The notes under the pieces are model-generated. The model was not told the DNA's origin and did no database searches. It saw only the letters and a program-made list of their open reading frames with translations. From positions 8,228 to 72,227 of the forward strand of contig CAKPFD010000003.1 in assembly GCA_934149515.1 (NCBI GenBank): a stretch of 64,000 nucleotides of DNA. The letters are read 5' to 3'. This stretch comes from an uncultured Bacilli bacterium (GTDB lineage Bacteria; Bacillota_I; Bacilli_A; RF39; UBA660). Both the position numbers and the translations under genes were made by a program. The first letter of the stretch is position 1; every line of letters starts with the position of its first letter. This document shows positions 1 to 10,494 of the stretch, piece by piece.

Positions 1-1547
1 TCCAAAATGGTAATACCGTCTTTTCTAAAGCTAATTTTATGGCTAATGAGTCTTGTTTGACACCAGAGAGTGTTGATCCGAATAATGCAAATCAGATTCA
101 AGCTCTATATTTACAACATCAACGTGATCCAGGTGGAAGATATGTGACTGATAGTAGTGGAAAAACACACTGGCAAAAGGCAAGCAGTGGTTGTGCTAGT
201 ACGCTTGGACAGTATTATTTTACAAGTGTTACCTCTACTCGTAATACGGTTTTAAAAGTTCATGGTATTTGGAATAATGGTCTTGGAACAGCAAGATATT
301 GTAGTAATGATAATGATGGTTTTTTACGACTTTGTAGTTTAAATGGTAGATATTATTCTTGTACTGAAAATTGTTGGTGGCAAAATCAATGTGCTAGTGA
401 TTCTGTTAGTAGTGAAACAGTTGCTCAAGCAACGTATGAACAAGCGTTAAAAAATTACTATGCTGCTAAAGCAAATTGTGAAAATAAAGCACCAACTTGT
501 TCAAATAAAACAGCAACTTATAAAATGTCCGTTGATAACGAAGGAAAAACAACTACTTATCAAGCAACACAAAGACAAAATAGTTCTAATACAAGTGGTG
601 ATGATTTAGTAAAATCTTCTAGTGGTTATTGTTTAGGAAGTGATACATCCTCTAGAAATAATGGCTCTTACTATTCATTACAGCTAAATTTCCCAAAACA
701 ATATATTCATAATAAAACAGGAGAAGTGACGACGAATGTTACCTCTAATAATCTTCCATTTTATACAGCAGTAGGTGATAAATTTTGTACGAAATTGACA
801 TCTAAAAACATTAACAGTAGTTGGTATGATTGGAAAGTGAATCAAAATAGTAAAAGTTTAACAGCTAGTGAAAAACAAGCGATTACAGATACAATTCAAA
901 ATAATATTACAACATCTGTTTCTGATTTTGGTTATTTTGGTTGGAACTTTGATATTTCTTGTTTTTATGCCTTAATTAAAAATCCAGGGAAAGATAATCC
1001 AAAAGATGGGGATAATCCTTCCAATGTTACGAATGATTTTATTTTTCGAACGATTTCTTTAAATGATGTTTTTCCTGCTAGTAAAAATGCTTTGAATGGT
1101 CGGGATCCTAGATTTAATTGGAGTTGTGCAGCGACGAATTTAACGAATAAAAATTATCCTGTTCAACCAATTGCTTTAACAAAAAAGATTGAAAACAGAG
1201 GGGAAAAGATTTATAATGAATCTAATAGTAGTGAGTATTTAGATTATGAAATTATTTTGACACCTTCTACTATTCAAAAGATCCGTAATGAGTATAATAG
1301 TCGTTATCAAAATTATTCTTATGTGAAGGAAGATCAAAATAATGATATAGCAGTTTCTACTTCTTCTAGAGTGGCTGGTGTAACGGTTTATAATAGTTCT
1401 TTCTTACATCGTTTCTTAGGTAGTGATGTGGTAAAAAAATCTGGTCTTATTGGTTGTAATAATCAATCTAGTGCAACAACTTGTGATAATGCTATCGATA
1501 CGGATAATGCTTGTTATAATGAATATATGGCACAATCGGTAAAATAG
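1..1547 (+). CDS. Secreted Cys/Asn-rich protein, 5'-truncated by the window edge; possible pilus-associated adhesin
   Basis: The frame stays open upstream of the ATG at 39 back to position 1. Many Cys, no TM after the N-terminus, sits directly upstream of the Tad genes. Confidence 0.4.
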   Translation, partial: QNGNTVFSKANFMANESCLTPESVDPNNANQIQALYLQHQRDPGGRYVTDSSGKTHWQKASSGCASTLGQYYFTSVTSTRNTVLKVHGIWNNGLGTARYCSNDNDGFLRLCSLNGRYYSCTENCWWQNQCASDSVSSETVAQATYEQALKNYYAAKANCENKAPTCSNKTATYKMSVDNEGKTTTYQATQRQNSSNTSGDDLVKSSSGYCLGSDTSSRNNGSYYSLQLNFPKQYIHNKTGEVTTNVTSNNLPFYTAVGDKFCTKLTSKNINSSWYDWKVNQNSKSLTASEKQAITDTIQNNITTSVSDFGYFGWNFDISCFYALIKNPGKDNPKDGDNPSNVTNDFIFRTISLNDVFPASKNALNGRDPRFNWSCAATNLTNKNYPVQPIALTKKIENRGEKIYNESNSSEYLDYEIILTPSTIQKIRNEYNSRYQNYSYVKEDQNNDIAVSTSSRVAGVTVYNSSFLHRFLGSDVVKKSGLIGCNNQSSATTCDNAIDTDNACYNEYMAQSVK

Positions 1548-1560
1548 GAGGTAGTAGCGT

Positions 1561-2019
1561 ATGAATAAAGCAACTTTACTAGTTGGTGTGATTGTTTTAT
1601 CACTTTTAACGTTTGGAATCATTAATATTACCCAAAATTATCAAACAGGAAATGAACTTGATTATTACTTGTTAAAAGAAACAACCGAAGCAGCTATGGG
1701 AGATGCTGTTGATATTGGATATTATCGCTTGTCTGGTTTATTACGGATTGATAAAGAAAAGTTTACAGAGAGCTTTGTTAGACGCTTTGCTCAAAATGTC
1801 AACAATGATCGAAGTTATCGGATTCGTATCTATGATATTAATGAAACACCACCAAAAGTCAGTGTGAAAATTGATTCTACAACTGCTGCTACTTTCAATA
1901 GTGAAACACTTGGTATTAGTAATCAAATTGATGCAATCTTAGAATCAAAATATCAAGAAAATCGTCTGATTACCGATATGATTCGATCTGGCAAACTAGA
2001 TTATAGTGAACTTGAGTAA
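1561..2019 (+). CDS. Small N-terminally anchored protein, candidate TadE/pseudopilin-like
   Basis: Strong RBS (GGAGG). One N-terminal hydrophobic helix (LLVGVIVLSLLTFGII), then a soluble domain. Located in the Tad locus. Confidence 0.35.
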   Translation: MNKATLLVGVIVLSLLTFGIINITQNYQTGNELDYYLLKETTEAAMGDAVDIGYYRLSGLLRIDKEKFTESFVRRFAQNVNNDRSYRIRIYDINETPPKVSVKIDSTTAATFNSETLGISNQIDAILESKYQENRLITDMIRSGKLDYSELE

Positions 2020-2054
2020 GTAAAGTTAGAATAAAAAGGAAAGAGGGAAGAAAA

Positions 2055-2876
2055 ATGAATAATTTAGTTATTGGAATGAAGAAATTTTTTACAAATAAGA
2101 ATACCGTAACGGTGGTTGGAGTGTTAGCTGCTGTTATTGTATTATATGTTGGTTATAATATGCGAATTAAACAAGCTATTAATCCAATTAGTGTGCCTTA
2201 TGCTAAACAAACTATTAATCCTGGTGTTCAAATTACTGAGGATATGATAGGCACAATGGAAGTGCCACCTTCAATGTTAAAAGGAGATGTTATCCGTAAT
2301 AAAGCGTCTGTTGTTGATAAGTATTCTTATTCTGATAGTGTTATCCCAGAAGGTAGTTTGTTTTATAAGAGAAGTGTTGTGGAAAAAGAACAATTACCAG
2401 CAAGTATTGTGTTAGATTATCCAAAAGGGTATGTTTTATATAACTTAGATGTTACGATGGCTAGTACTTATAGTAACTCTATTTATCCTGGTAATTATAT
2501 TGATATTTATTTAAAAGTGATGAATCGTATTGATGAAAATTCAACATCAACAGTAACAGATAAAATCATGATTGGTAAGTTATTAGAAAATGTCAAAGTA
2601 CTTGCCGTTTATGATAGTGAAGGAAATAATGTGTTTGCTAACTTAGATGAAAAGAAAACACCAGCTCAAATTATTTTTGCGGTACCAGAAGAGCATCATA
2701 TCTTATTGCGTAAAGCGAGTTATTTAAGAGCATATGAATCTGAAATTATTCCAGTACCAACAGCTGAAAGTTATGAAGAAAAACCAGGAGATGTGAAGTT
2801 ATCTAGTGAAGATTTGAAATCATTTATTAATAATGTAACAGCAATGACAGAAGCTGATTTAAAAGCACAACAATAA
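2055..2876 (+). CDS. cpaB: Flp pilus assembly protein CpaB/RcpC-like (N-terminal TM + SAF-like domain)
   Basis: N-terminal TM, then a domain with the CpaB-like pattern (IKQAINPISVPYA...GVQITEDMI...VIPEGSL). Immediately upstream of the tadA-like ATPase. Confidence 0.5.
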   Translation: MNNLVIGMKKFFTNKNTVTVVGVLAAVIVLYVGYNMRIKQAINPISVPYAKQTINPGVQITEDMIGTMEVPPSMLKGDVIRNKASVVDKYSYSDSVIPEGSLFYKRSVVEKEQLPASIVLDYPKGYVLYNLDVTMASTYSNSIYPGNYIDIYLKVMNRIDENSTSTVTDKIMIGKLLENVKVLAVYDSEGNNVFANLDEKKTPAQIIFAVPEEHHILLRKASYLRAYESEIIPVPTAESYEEKPGDVKLSSEDLKSFINNVTAMTEADLKAQQ

Positions 2877-2897
2877 AAAAGGAAGAAGGGGTTAGTT

Positions 2898-4022
2898 ATG
2901 AATGAAGCGATTTTTGATAAACTGGATTTTGGGCCGTTTCGTCCTTTGATCGATGATGATGATATTACCGATATTTCTTATTGTAATCATGGACAAGTTT
3001 GGATTCGCTCCCTTACATATGGTTCTAAACGAGTAGAAGTACCTGGCCTTGATGATGCTTTTGTAGAAAAATTAGCATTCCAATGTTCTAATGTGATGGG
3101 TACTACGTTTAACAATGCAAAACCATTTTTAGATGCTGAAAGTAGTGAACTTCGTTTGAACTTCGTCCATGAATCTATTGCAACGAATGGAATTGCTACT
3201 GTTATTCGTAAAACGCCAGCAAAGATTCGTCTTTCTAAAGAAAAATTATTGGCAGAAGATTATTTTACAGCTAATATTCATGATATTTTGTTAAAGTGTG
3301 TGGAAGGTCATTGCAATATCATTGTCAGTGGAGAGACTGGTAGTGGTAAAACAGAGTTTGTTAAATATTTGGCTAGTCATACGAAAGAGAATGAAAAGAT
3401 TATTACGATTGAAGATACCCTTGAATTACATTTGGACAAGATTTTTCCACATCGTGATATTGTAGCGATGAAGACCAATAATGTGGCAAGTTATACCGAT
3501 GTGTTGGTTACTTGTATGCGTCAGAATCCCAAATGGATTTTATTATCAGAAGTTCGTAGTGCGGAAGCTGTTACAGCTGTTCGTAACTCGATATCTTCAG
3601 GACATAATATCTTATCGACAATCCATGCGGATAAAGCCAGTGCCATTCCTTATCGTATGTATTCCTTACTAGAAACAGATATTGATGTTTCACAGTTTTT
3701 AACAACTATCTATCGTTATATTCAATTAGGAGTTCATATTAAGGCGTATTATAGTAAAGAATATGGTAAGTTTCATCGTGAAGTTGATGAAGTTGTTGAA
3801 TTTTATGTGGATGAAAATAATCAACCACAAACCCATATTTTATATCAGAAAACATTTGGTAAGAACCCTGTTCAAAACATGCCAAGTGCTCATTTAAGAG
3901 AATATCTTGAAAATCAAAATATTTCTATTGATTCCCTTATTACTAATCAAGATTCTATGGGAAGTATAGCAAAGGAACTTGATTCTACGGTGGCAGATCA
4001 ATTTTCTGGCGAAATTTTATAA
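2898..4022 (+). CDS. tadA: Tad/Flp pilus secretion ATPase CpaF/TadA (VirB11 superfamily)
   Basis: Walker A VSGETGSGKTEF, ITIEDTLEL, Walker B/Asp box ILLSEVRSAEA, His box GHNILSTIHA. 374 aa, followed by TadB/TadC-like membrane proteins. Confidence 0.85.
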   Translation: MNEAIFDKLDFGPFRPLIDDDDITDISYCNHGQVWIRSLTYGSKRVEVPGLDDAFVEKLAFQCSNVMGTTFNNAKPFLDAESSELRLNFVHESIATNGIATVIRKTPAKIRLSKEKLLAEDYFTANIHDILLKCVEGHCNIIVSGETGSGKTEFVKYLASHTKENEKIITIEDTLELHLDKIFPHRDIVAMKTNNVASYTDVLVTCMRQNPKWILLSEVRSAEAVTAVRNSISSGHNILSTIHADKASAIPYRMYSLLETDIDVSQFLTTIYRYIQLGVHIKAYYSKEYGKFHREVDEVVEFYVDENNQPQTHILYQKTFGKNPVQNMPSAHLREYLENQNISIDSLITNQDSMGSIAKELDSTVADQFSGEIL

Positions 4023-4035
4023 TAGGAGTGGTGCT

Positions 4036-4929
4036 ATGGTATTTTTTATCTTATTGCTCATTGCAATTTTAGTTCTTTTATATCGAAATTATAAAGGACA
4101 AAATGTCTATAAATATATTAGTGAACAAGCAAGTGCTATTTACCAACGCTTTGCTCCTTATTCGTTTAAAGTAGTACGTGAAAAGACTAAGGAATTAGGA
4201 CAAGAATATACACCAAGACAATATATGATGCAAGTGCTTTTGATGGGAGGATTTGCAGGTGTTGTTTCGTATTTATACTTTTATAATTTGGTAATTTCTT
4301 TAGTGTATGTTCTTATAGCAGTTGCTACGATTCCATATTTAGCTTTTTTACGATGTAAGCGAGTTTATAGTGAGTATATCTTCGAACAGGTTCAAGTGTA
4401 TACCACCAATACCATTATGGAATTTGCGACAACGCAGAGTTTCGTAAAGGCTTTAGAAGGAGTAAAGGATTCTGGTGTTTTGGAAGATCCAGTGTTAAGT
4501 GATGTTCAGACGATGATCGATATGGCGTATGAAGATGGCTCTATTGATGCAGCGATTGAATACATGAATGGGAAATATCCTTATTACATCGTTAAAAATA
4601 TGCATCAATTATTCTTACAAATTACCAAAGAAGGTGCTAGGGATACAGGAGAAAGTTTGGAAAACATGCAACTTGATATCGATACACTAGTGGAAAGTGT
4701 TTATCGTGATCGAATGGATAGAGCAAACTTTCATAAAAAGTTTTTACAATATGGTGTTATGCTTTATTTAATGGTAATGTTAGTGCAATATATGTTAGGT
4801 AGAGATAATTATATTGCACTACTTAGTGAAGGATATGTCAAAGTATTATTGCATGGTATTATTATCTTTAATAGTTATTTCCTATTGAAAGGTGAGAAAT
4901 ACTATAATGAGAATGTGGGGGTTGAGTAA
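4036..4929 (+). CDS. tadB: TadB-like inner membrane pilus assembly protein (GspF-like)
   Basis: Start refined to the ATG at 4036 with RBS AGGAGTGG. Polytopic membrane protein following tadA, as in canonical tad operons. Confidence 0.5.
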   Translation: MVFFILLLIAILVLLYRNYKGQNVYKYISEQASAIYQRFAPYSFKVVREKTKELGQEYTPRQYMMQVLLMGGFAGVVSYLYFYNLVISLVYVLIAVATIPYLAFLRCKRVYSEYIFEQVQVYTTNTIMEFATTQSFVKALEGVKDSGVLEDPVLSDVQTMIDMAYEDGSIDAAIEYMNGKYPYYIVKNMHQLFLQITKEGARDTGESLENMQLDIDTLVESVYRDRMDRANFHKKFLQYGVMLYLMVMLVQYMLGRDNYIALLSEGYVKVLLHGIIIFNSYFLLKGEKYYNENVGVE

Positions 4930-4931
4930 AA

Positions 4932-5711
4932 ATGGAAATTGTAATTGTTGCTGTTATCCTCTTTTTTGTTTTAATTTATAATAAAACAATTGATGAGCGA
5001 CGTTTTATTCAAGATAACCGTCATTATTTTGAAATTTTACGAGAAGATGATTATAACTTTTTAGTATATGCAAAATATGGAGAAGATGCAAAACCAGATG
5101 TTTTGTTCCAAAAACGCATTTCTTATGGAATTGTCATTATGTTTGTTTTCATGTTTTTATTTCTAGATTCCCTTAATCTTTTGAATATCGTCTTAGCGTT
5201 TTTAATTGGTTTTTTGGTATTTAAAATGCCTTATCAAACGTTAAAAAAATACTATAAACAACATTTGCATGAAATTGATATTATGCTACCATACTATTTA
5301 AAGAGTTTAGAAATATTGATTCAGCATTATACAGTACCAGTTGCCATTGGTAAAAGTATTGAAGATGCACCAGATATTTTTAAACCTGGGTTAAGAGAAT
5401 TGATTGAAAAAGTTAATTCAGGTGATAGTAGTATTACACCATATATGGATTTTGCTAATCAATATCCCGTAAGAGATTCTATGCGAATGATGCGTTTATT
5501 GTATCGTTTAGGAATTGGCGGTCAAGAAAAGAAACAAGAAAGATTGTTGATGTTTTCTAAAACAGTTTCTAATTTGCAAGCGAAAGCTCGTGAAACAAAA
5601 TACAAAGAGCGTCTTTCTAAGATGGAATCACAAACACTTATCATGCTTGTTGTCACTGGTATTTGTGTCATGGTTATTATCTTGACATCTATGTTTACAA
5701 TGCTTGGTTGA
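4932..5711 (+). CDS. tadC: TadC-like inner membrane pilus assembly protein
   Basis: N-terminal TM, internal TMs, C-terminal TM. Paralogous in architecture to the preceding gene, in the position of tadC. Confidence 0.5.
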   Translation: MEIVIVAVILFFVLIYNKTIDERRFIQDNRHYFEILREDDYNFLVYAKYGEDAKPDVLFQKRISYGIVIMFVFMFLFLDSLNLLNIVLAFLIGFLVFKMPYQTLKKYYKQHLHEIDIMLPYYLKSLEILIQHYTVPVAIGKSIEDAPDIFKPGLRELIEKVNSGDSSITPYMDFANQYPVRDSMRMMRLLYRLGIGGQEKKQERLLMFSKTVSNLQAKARETKYKERLSKMESQTLIMLVVTGICVMVIILTSMFTMLG

Positions 5712-5794
5712 CATTAAATGTGAATTCGTTGGTTACAAATGATTATTTATCTGTTATAATAAAGTTAGAAAATAGGAAGGAGAATAAATAGAAT

Positions 5795-6025
5795 ATGAAA
5801 GAAGCGACTGGAGAGTTAAATATGACAGTTATTACCATTTTATTGATAGGAGCAGTTTTAACTTTTGCTTGGATATTATGGGATAAGGTAAAAGCCAAAA
5901 TTGAAAATCAATGGGATAATGTCGATAAAGTTAACAGCGAACAAAAAGGTCAGTGGGGTAAAACTGGTTATCATTATACAGATGATCATTCTATTGAATA
6001 TGCTGGTTATATAATGAATTGGTAG
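5795..6025 (+). CDS. Small membrane protein, candidate Flp-type pilin (non-canonical)
   Basis: 76 aa with a short polar leader ending in Gly (MKEATG/ELN...), then a hydrophobic helix. Lacks the canonical G/XXXXEY motif. Confidence 0.3.
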   Translation: MKEATGELNMTVITILLIGAVLTFAWILWDKVKAKIENQWDNVDKVNSEQKGQWGKTGYHYTDDHSIEYAGYIMNW

Positions 6026-6042
6026 TAAAGGGAGTGGAATAG

Positions 6043-6510
6043 ATGAGAGATGCTTTTGGTAGTTTAATATCGATACAAGTTATATTGGCGTTTGTTTTGC
6101 TAATCAATGGCTATTTAGCGTACTCTGTTAATTATACAAGAGCATTTCGCGTCAAAAATGGAATTATCAATATTATTGAACAATATGAGGGACATACAGA
6201 AGCAGCAAAAGATAAAATTTCCACTTATACCGATGATATGAAGTATCATGTTCCTGCTGAAATGATGAATACAGAATCATTAAGAGATTATGAATGCATT
6301 CAAACAGAAGGTTATTGTATTAAAAAAACAGCAGTAGCAGCTACCGATCCAACAAGTGATGGTTATCGTGGAGCATATTATAGTGTGGTAACATTTGTTA
6401 ATATTGATATACCTGTATTGAATAAATTTATTCGACTTGGTAGTTTCTTACAAGTAAAAGGAGAAACAAAAACAATTTATAGTACTGGTACAGATAGTGA
6501 ATTAGAATAA
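6043..6510 (+). CDS. TadE-like pseudopilin candidate
   Basis: N-terminal MRDAFGSLISIQVILAFVLL resembles the TadE/TadF N-terminal hydrophobic segment after a Gly. 155 aa. Confidence 0.35.
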   Translation: MRDAFGSLISIQVILAFVLLINGYLAYSVNYTRAFRVKNGIINIIEQYEGHTEAAKDKISTYTDDMKYHVPAEMMNTESLRDYECIQTEGYCIKKTAVAATDPTSDGYRGAYYSVVTFVNIDIPVLNKFIRLGSFLQVKGETKTIYSTGTDSELE

Positions 6511-6531
6511 AAATAAGGGGATGAGAAATAA

Positions 6532-7509
6532 ATGAATGTCATTATTGCAAATGAAGCAAAAGATATGTTAGCACAACTTGATATTGATGTTATCAAAAGT
6601 ATTACTGGTGTGCATAGTGCAGATGAAATTGTTAATATGTTTAAAAACTTCTTTTATGCAAGAATGATTTTGGATGTAACAGCAATTGAAGATTATGATA
6701 ATATTACAAATATTCAAAAAATATCTATTGGCTTAGATGCGGATAAAATTATTTTAGTATTACCAAATAATGAAATGTCAACATCTAGTGGTTATTTATC
6801 TAAATTGATATCTATGGGTATTTATAACTTTACGACAAATCTTGAAGGTGTAAAGTATTGTCTTTCGCATCCGAATACTTATAAAGATGTTGCACATATT
6901 CAACAATTAAATGATCTATCTAGTACTATTAATGAAAAAGCAGTTGGTGGTTCTAGAATTATTGGTATTAAAAACATTACTGATCATGCAGGTAGTACAA
7001 CACTTATTTATATGCTAAAAAAAGAATTAGAACAGACTTATGGAATGAGTGTTGTTGCCATTGAAATTAATCGTCATGACTTTATGTATTTTAATGATAA
7101 AAATATGATTTCTGTTACGAATGAAGAATTGATGGCTGAAATTGTAAAACATAAAGATGCTAGTATTATTTTGATTGATTTGAATGATTCAGATAATGAT
7201 GGTGTATGTTCTGATGTTTTATATTTATTAGAACCATCTAGTCTTAAATTGAATAAATTAATGCGAAGAAACCGGAAGGTTTTTGAAGAATTGAAAGGGA
7301 AAAAGATCGTGTTAAATCAAAGTTTATTGACAAGTCATGATGTCATGGATTTTGAATATGAAGGAAAGACAAAAGTATTTTATAATTTACCACCTTTAAA
7401 TGATCGAGTAAAAAATCCTAGTTTAAGTGATTTTTTAGTTAAACTTGGCCTTTTGAATAAGACTGAAGAAAAAGAAGAAGGAAAGATTTTTGGTTTGTTT
7501 AAACGTTAA
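6532..7509 (+). CDS. TadZ/CpaE-like protein (receiver-like N domain + degenerate ParA/MinD-like ATPase domain)
   Basis: N-terminal receiver-like fold pattern, then a central degenerate P-loop GIKNITDHAGSTT. Position in the tad locus. Confidence 0.4.
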   Translation: MNVIIANEAKDMLAQLDIDVIKSITGVHSADEIVNMFKNFFYARMILDVTAIEDYDNITNIQKISIGLDADKIILVLPNNEMSTSSGYLSKLISMGIYNFTTNLEGVKYCLSHPNTYKDVAHIQQLNDLSSTINEKAVGGSRIIGIKNITDHAGSTTLIYMLKKELEQTYGMSVVAIEINRHDFMYFNDKNMISVTNEELMAEIVKHKDASIILIDLNDSDNDGVCSDVLYLLEPSSLKLNKLMRRNRKVFEELKGKKIVLNQSLLTSHDVMDFEYEGKTKVFYNLPPLNDRVKNPSLSDFLVKLGLLNKTEEKEEGKIFGLFKR

Positions 7510-7568
7510 AATATTGACAAATTGGAAAAATTTTTATATGATGTTAGTAGTGAAGGAGAGTATGTGAT

Positions 7569-7925
7569 ATGAAACTTTTAAATTTTATGCAGTTAGCAGA
7601 AGAAACGGTTGATATTGATCCAAATTGTCAGGGGTTAGGCTTCATTGTTAAAATTGTTAAGCATGGGATTTTTCCGATTTTGCAAATTGGTATTCCTATT
7701 ATATTAATTGTATTAGGCACGCTTGATTTAGGTAAAGCAGTTATTTCCTCAGATGAAAAAGAAGTAAAAGCAGCACAAAGTAGATTGATGAAAAGATGTA
7801 TTTATGCAGTAGCCGTTTTCTTTATTGTTACTATTGTTCAGTTAGTGTTTAATTTAATTAATAATGTGGCTGCAAGCAATGCTGGTGATTTGACTGGTTG
7901 GTGGACATGCTGGTCAAATATTTAG
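7569..7925 (+). CDS. VirB2/TrbC-like T4SS pilin candidate (two-TM hairpin)
   Basis: 118 aa with two TM helices separated by a charged loop DLGKAVISSDEKEVKAAQSRLMKR. Paralogous to the C-terminus of the 10743-11858 protein. Confidence 0.45.
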   Translation: MKLLNFMQLAEETVDIDPNCQGLGFIVKIVKHGIFPILQIGIPIILIVLGTLDLGKAVISSDEKEVKAAQSRLMKRCIYAVAVFFIVTIVQLVFNLINNVAASNAGDLTGWWTCWSNI

Positions 7926-7948
7926 TTAGTAAATATTAAAGGTAATCG

Positions 7949-7975
7949 TTAGGGAGACTTATAAGAGTCTTCTTT
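7949..7975 (+). terminator. Weak hairpin (AGACT-N6-AGTCT) plus T-tract, candidate terminator after the VirB2-like gene
   Basis: Inverted repeat followed by TCTTTTATT, read directly from the sequence. Confidence 0.3.
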
Positions 7976-8559
7976 TATTATGTCCTGGATAGGAATATAA
8001 TAAAAATTATCGCTGGTGCGGGTGAGAGTTGAAAAAACGATGGTGAAAGTTCTTTATCTCATACACGATGGAATTGCCAATATCACATAATCTTTACTCT
8101 AAAATATTGAAGGAAAGTAATATATAAAAAATTACGCCGTGATATTGGAATATATTTAAGAAGACTATGTGATTATAAGAAAGTTGAGATAATAGAAGTA
8201 CAAGCATGTTCAGACTCTATATACACGTGTTAGAGTAAAATAGGTGTATCATCATTTATGGGATATTTAAAAAAATTTGTTGATGATTTTCGAACGTTAA
8301 TGAATAATCTTTCTTGTTTTTTATTATGATATTTGGTATGATATGTTCTAAGGTGGAAGAAGGTGAAATGTTATGGAAGATATTATAAATGTTTCTTTAA
8401 TAATAAATCAAATTAGTCACCATAATGAATCAACGCTTGTTAACATAAAGCTAACAGGTGGGTATTTATTTAACATAACAAAAATGTATCTATAAAATGA
8501 GCAGGATAAAACTATCTTGTATTTTTTGGTTATATAAAATTAAGTAAAGGAGAAACGAA

Positions 8560-10494
8560 ATGGGAATTCAATCTAGTATAGCTGCTGGTATGAAAATTGG
8601 TTTAGAAGCAACAAGAGATAGTGGAAATTTATCAAATATTCAAGTTGATGCTGTCAATAAAGCAATTTCTGATTTGGAAAGTGCTAATTTTTCTAATCAA
8701 AATGATTCACAAAGTGTAAATGTTGAAGAACTTGATTTGAATTTAAACAATTCTGTTCAAGAATTTAAAACTGAAAAACAAACATTATCAAACGAACAGT
8801 ACGATCAAGTTATTTCATCATATACCACTCAATATGATGAAACACTTGAACAACTCGATATTGTATTAAAAGCAAGACAAGAAGAATTAGATGATTTACA
8901 AAAACTAGCAATTGATACAGATACAGTAGAAGCAGAAAGAACAGTAACAGAAGAAAATAATGATGCTGATGCTCAAGTTATTAACATGATTGTTAGTGAT
9001 ATGGATGCATGTCCTGAAGAACGTCTGAAACAATTAGGAATTACACAAGATGAATTTCAGAATTATGATTTAGAACAATTAAAAGAACTTTATAAAAAGA
9101 AAATTCCATCTGTGCAGGAATTATATGGAATTGCAGGTAAAGATGTTAATGAAAAGTTAAGGGAAAATTCGGAATTTGTAAATTATGAAGAATATAAAGT
9201 AGCAAAAGAAGAAGCAGAAAATGATGTTGCTGCAATAAAAGAAGCAATTAAGAGATTAAAGATTCAAAAAGAGCAATTACAATATGATTTATTACCATCA
9301 TTAGATGATTATCAAAATTTTGAAGTAACAACTGTAGAAATAAAAGAAGAAAATGTTTTTGATTGTTTGGATACGGATTCTGGTAGTCCATATATTGATT
9401 ATGATAAGTATTGTGCAAAGTATGGTGCTATCGATGAATTAACTTTTTTAAGCGAAATGAAAGAGAAATATCCTCAATATGAAGTACGAGGATTAAAGCA
9501 TCAAGAGATATTAGAGAATATGCTTAAAGTTAGTGATGAAGATGAAAATTTACTTAAAATTTACCAATATTTGTATGCAAAAGAAGGAAAAGAAGCAGCA
9601 TATCAATATGTAGAAGATATAGAAGATCATACCAATCAATTATTAGGGAAGAAAAAAGCTGAAGAATTTTTAAGTACATTAGATGAGAATGATGCTGATT
9701 TAGAGGCTAAAATATTTAATCATTTAAAGACGAGTGGAAAAGGATTGATGGATGGGGTTGAGAGTTTTGGTGAAGGAATAAAGAATATATTTACCTCATC
9801 TGATGTTTATAGTGCAAATGAATATGAAGCGATGTTTATAGCAGAAGCCTTACAAGAAAAGGGATATGGTTTAGATTTTAACTATAATGTAAGTAAAGAA
9901 ATTGGTAGAGTTACTCCTAGTATTGCGCTTAGTACGATATGTTCTCCATTAGGAGCATCTACTGCTAGTACTATTTCTTCTGTTAGTTTAGGTTTATCTT
10001 CAACAGGAAATAGTTATCATAATGCTTTAATTGAAGGATATGAGCCATGGAGAGCAGCACTTTATGGTATTGCTTCTGGTACTAGTAGTGCTTGTTTATC
10101 AAAACTTGGAAGTTTACCTGGAATTTCAATGACAGATGAATCTGCTTCTTTACTTGTAAAAATGGTTAAAGAAGGTGGACAGTCTGCGGCTCAAAGAGTT
10201 TTAACAAATGGTTTTTATAATTCTATTATTTTAGGAAAGACGATTGATTTAACAGGACTTTCCGAACAAGCTATTCAATCATTTATTGTAGCATCACTTG
10301 CTTCTGGTGCTATCAATAAAATTAATGATATTGATGTTAGTATTGATGGAGAAATTGTTCATCTTAGTCTTTCTGCTATTAAAAGAGTTATAAAGGCTTC
10401 TTCTGGTGTTGCTAGTAAATCATCTAGTTTCTTGACAGAGTTACTTTCTACTTCAAGGAGTGGTGGCCATGTCGATTATGGTAGAAATAGATAG
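8560..10494 (+). CDS. Acidic coiled-coil protein of unknown function, first gene of the T4SS module
   Basis: Strong RBS AAGGAGAAA. 644 aa, no signal peptide. E/D/K-rich N-terminal two thirds, S/G/A-rich C-terminus. Confidence 0.5.
   Translation: MGIQSSIAAGMKIGLEATRDSGNLSNIQVDAVNKAISDLESANFSNQNDSQSVNVEELDLNLNNSVQEFKTEKQTLSNEQYDQVISSYTTQYDETLEQLDIVLKARQEELDDLQKLAIDTDTVEAERTVTEENNDADAQVINMIVSDMDACPEERLKQLGITQDEFQNYDLEQLKELYKKKIPSVQELYGIAGKDVNEKLRENSEFVNYEEYKVAKEEAENDVAAIKEAIKRLKIQKEQLQYDLLPSLDDYQNFEVTTVEIKEENVFDCLDTDSGSPYIDYDKYCAKYGAIDELTFLSEMKEKYPQYEVRGLKHQEILENMLKVSDEDENLLKIYQYLYAKEGKEAAYQYVEDIEDHTNQLLGKKKAEEFLSTLDENDADLEAKIFNHLKTSGKGLMDGVESFGEGIKNIFTSSDVYSANEYEAMFIAEALQEKGYGLDFNYNVSKEIGRVTPSIALSTICSPLGASTASTISSVSLGLSSTGNSYHNALIEGYEPWRAALYGIASGTSSACLSKLGSLPGISMTDESASLLVKMVKEGGQSAAQRVLTNGFYNSIILGKTIDLTGLSEQAIQSFIVASLASGAINKINDIDVSIDGEIVHLSLSAIKRVIKASSGVASKSSSFLTELLSTSRSGGHVDYGRNR

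Noticed and set aside
3481-3672. 63-aa ORF inside tadA
   Set aside because: It is nested in an alternative frame of a well-supported ATPase gene.
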